Position numbers and translations under genes: made by a program. From an uncultured Eubacteriales bacterium (lineage in GTDB: Bacteria > Bacillota > Clostridia > UMGS1883): a stretch of DNA of 53,157 nucleotides. The stretch is taken from assembly GCA_905195005.1 (NCBI GenBank), contig CAJJUC010000001.1, forward strand, positions 1 through 53,157. The letters are read 5' to 3'. This document shows positions 51,823 to 53,157 of the stretch, piece by piece (positions within the stretch are counted from its first letter, which is position 1; every line of letters begins with the position of its first letter). The notes under the pieces are model-generated. The model worked only from the letters and a program-made list of their open reading frames with translations, searched no databases and was not told the origin of the DNA.

Positions 51823-52146
51823 TTAATCATCAAAGTTTTCATTGCACTTCTTGCATGTACGAACCTTGCTGCCGTCGGCAAGAATGGAATAACCGATTCT
51901 TGTGGGCTCGCCGCACTTCTTGCAGATGTGCATAACATTGCTTATGCTGATAGCGGCTTCCTGATGGATTATTCCGCCGACATCGCCCTGCTTGCGGGGC
52001 TTTCTGTGCTTTGTTGCCATGCTTACGCCTTCAACGATTACGCGGCCGTTTTCATGGTCAACGCTGAGCACCTTGCCCTTTTTGCCTTTATCGTTACCGC
52101 TGATTACGATAACGTTATCATTCTTTTTAATATGATTATTTTTCAT
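51823..52146 (-). CDS. rplX: 50S ribosomal protein L24, with a Cys4 zinc-ribbon-like C-terminus
   Basis: ORF 51823-52161 trimmed to ATG 52146 (GGGAGG RBS). MKNNHIKKNDNVIVISGNDKGKKGKVL KOW domain. C-terminus CKKCGEPTRIGYSILADGSKVRTCKKCNENFDD. Confidence 0.9.
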   Translation of the reverse strand: MKNNHIKKNDNVIVISGNDKGKKGKVLSVDHENGRVIVEGVSMATKHRKPRKQGDVGGIIHQEAAISISNVMHICKKCGEPTRIGYSILADGSKVRTCKKCNENFDD

Positions 52147-52160
52147 CACGTTACCTCCCA

Positions 52161-52529
52161 TTAAAGAACTTCCGGAGCGAGAGAAAGAATCTTCATGTAC
52201 TCATGGTCTCTCAATTCTCTTGCAACAGGTCCAAATATACGGGTTCCTCTGGGGTTTTTATCTTCTTTAATGATAACAGCGGCATTTTCATCAAACTTGA
52301 TGTATGTTCCGTCAGCTCTGCGAACGCCCTTTACTGAACGAACGATAACAGCTTTCACAACATCACCCTTCTTAACCATACCGCCGGGAGCTGCTTTCTT
52401 AACCGAAGCAACTATTACATCACCAATGTTGCCATATCTTCTGAGGGAGCCACCCAATACGCGTATGCACATAAGCTCTTTCGCACCCGTATTGTCGGCA
52501 ACCTTCAACAGAGTCTGCTGTTGAATCAT
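52161..52529 (-). CDS. rplN: 50S ribosomal protein L14
   Basis: [27 protein letters not shown]. Confidence 0.95.
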   Translation of the reverse strand: MIQQQTLLKVADNTGAKELMCIRVLGGSLRRYGNIGDVIVASVKKAAPGGMVKKGDVVKAVIVRSVKGVRRADGTYIKFDENAAVIIKEDKNPRGTRIFGPVARELRDHEYMKILSLAPEVL

Positions 52530-52561
52530 GTTTTTTCACTCCTTCTTGTTTTAGAGAAGAA

Positions 52562-52819
52562 TTATTTAGCCTTCTCAACGATTTCTGCCAGTCTCCATCT
52601 CTTATCACGGCTCAAAGGACGTGTTTCCATAACCTTAACACGGTCACCGATACCACAGGTGTTTTCCTCATCATGAGCTTTTATTTTTACAGTTCTTTTA
52701 ACAACCTTGCCATAGAGAGGATGCTTAACACTGTCTTCGATTGCAACAACGATTGTCTTATCCATTTTATTGCTTACAACCTTGCCGATTCTTACCTTAC
52801 GATAATTTCTTTCGGTCAT
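52562..52819 (-). CDS. rpsQ: 30S ribosomal protein S17
   Basis: [23 protein letters not shown]...[13 protein letters not shown]. Confidence 0.95.
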   Translation of the reverse strand: MTERNYRKVRIGKVVSNKMDKTIVVAIEDSVKHPLYGKVVKRTVKIKAHDEENTCGIGDRVKVMETRPLSRDKRWRLAEIVEKAK

Positions 52820-52842
52820 TTATATTTCCTCCTTTCTATGTC

Positions 52843-53043
52843 TCACTCTTCGCCCTTGATTTCTCTTTCGCGGATAACCGTCATAACCTTTGCAATATCC
52901 TTTTTGATTGCGGATATCTTCATGGGGTTATCGAGGTTGTTCGTTGCAAGAGAAAATCTCTGAGTAAAGAGATCCTTTTTCAAATCAGCAACCTTCTGCT
53001 GTAATTCTTCGGTAGTCATTTCACGAATTTCTGTTATTTTCAT
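52843..53043 (-). CDS. rpmC: 50S ribosomal protein L29
   Basis: [40 protein letters not shown]. Confidence 0.95.
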   Translation of the reverse strand: MKITEIREMTTEELQQKVADLKKDLFTQRFSLATNNLDNPMKISAIKKDIAKVMTVIREREIKGEE

Positions 53044-53157
53044 TCGTTGTCACCCTCCGTTTCCTGTGTGTCGCGTGCTACGATTTTGCACTTAACGGGA
53101 AGCTTATGCAGGGCAAGACGAAGAGCCTCGCGGGCGACCTCTTCGGAGACGCCGGCG
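53040..53157 (-). CDS. rplP: 3' end (38 codons) of 50S ribosomal protein L16; the gene enters from outside the window
   Basis: Hand translation gives ...[38 protein letters not shown]-stop. The stop overlaps the rpmC ATG (ATGA). Position fits the canonical order. Confidence 0.85.
   Translation of the reverse strand, partial: AGVSEEVAREALRLALHKLPVKCKIVARDTQETEGDNE

Overview
53-kb window from a Clostridia-type Firmicute (GGAGG-type Shine-Dalgarno sites, frequent TTG/GTG starts). The backbone is translation machinery on the minus strand: rpmG-secE-nusG-rplKAJL (8.7-12.1 kb) and the spc/alpha ribosomal cluster rplP...rpoA-rplQ (42.2-53.2 kb). Also present are uxaB-uxaA, cca, tRNA-Gly/tRNA-Cys and tsaE-tsaB-rpiB-nrdR. 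Four accessory blocks stand out. (1) A 17-gene glycyl-radical-enzyme bacterial microcompartment (GRM) locus at 12.2-25.0 kb, with a class II aldolase, Zn alcohol dehydrogenase, acylating aldehyde dehydrogenase, PduL, PduS/PduT-like redox pair, seven shell genes and a DeoR regulator. (2) A TetR gene divergent from a translationally coupled MMPL transporter and a 1164-aa GLUG-repeat surface protein (28.9-35.7 kb). (3) A small AT-rich islet after tRNA-Cys with two ribbon-helix-helix (RHH) genes (one missing from the ORF track), a nonsense-interrupted zinc-ribbon gene and palindromic operators. (4) A glycine-riboswitch-controlled sodium:alanine-family (AGCS) symporter, followed by secreted transglutaminase-like, beta-lactamase-family and DUF3794/LysM proteins. 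I saw no CRISPR array, rRNA, transposase or integrase. The GRM class resembles the published fucose/rhamnose type, so it is probably not new. The most unusual thing I can see is an internal ~48-residue insertion in the glycyl radical enzyme that looks like encapsulation peptides; four other enzymes in the locus carry terminal ones. All calls come from reading the sequence and from remembered family motifs; no searches were run.
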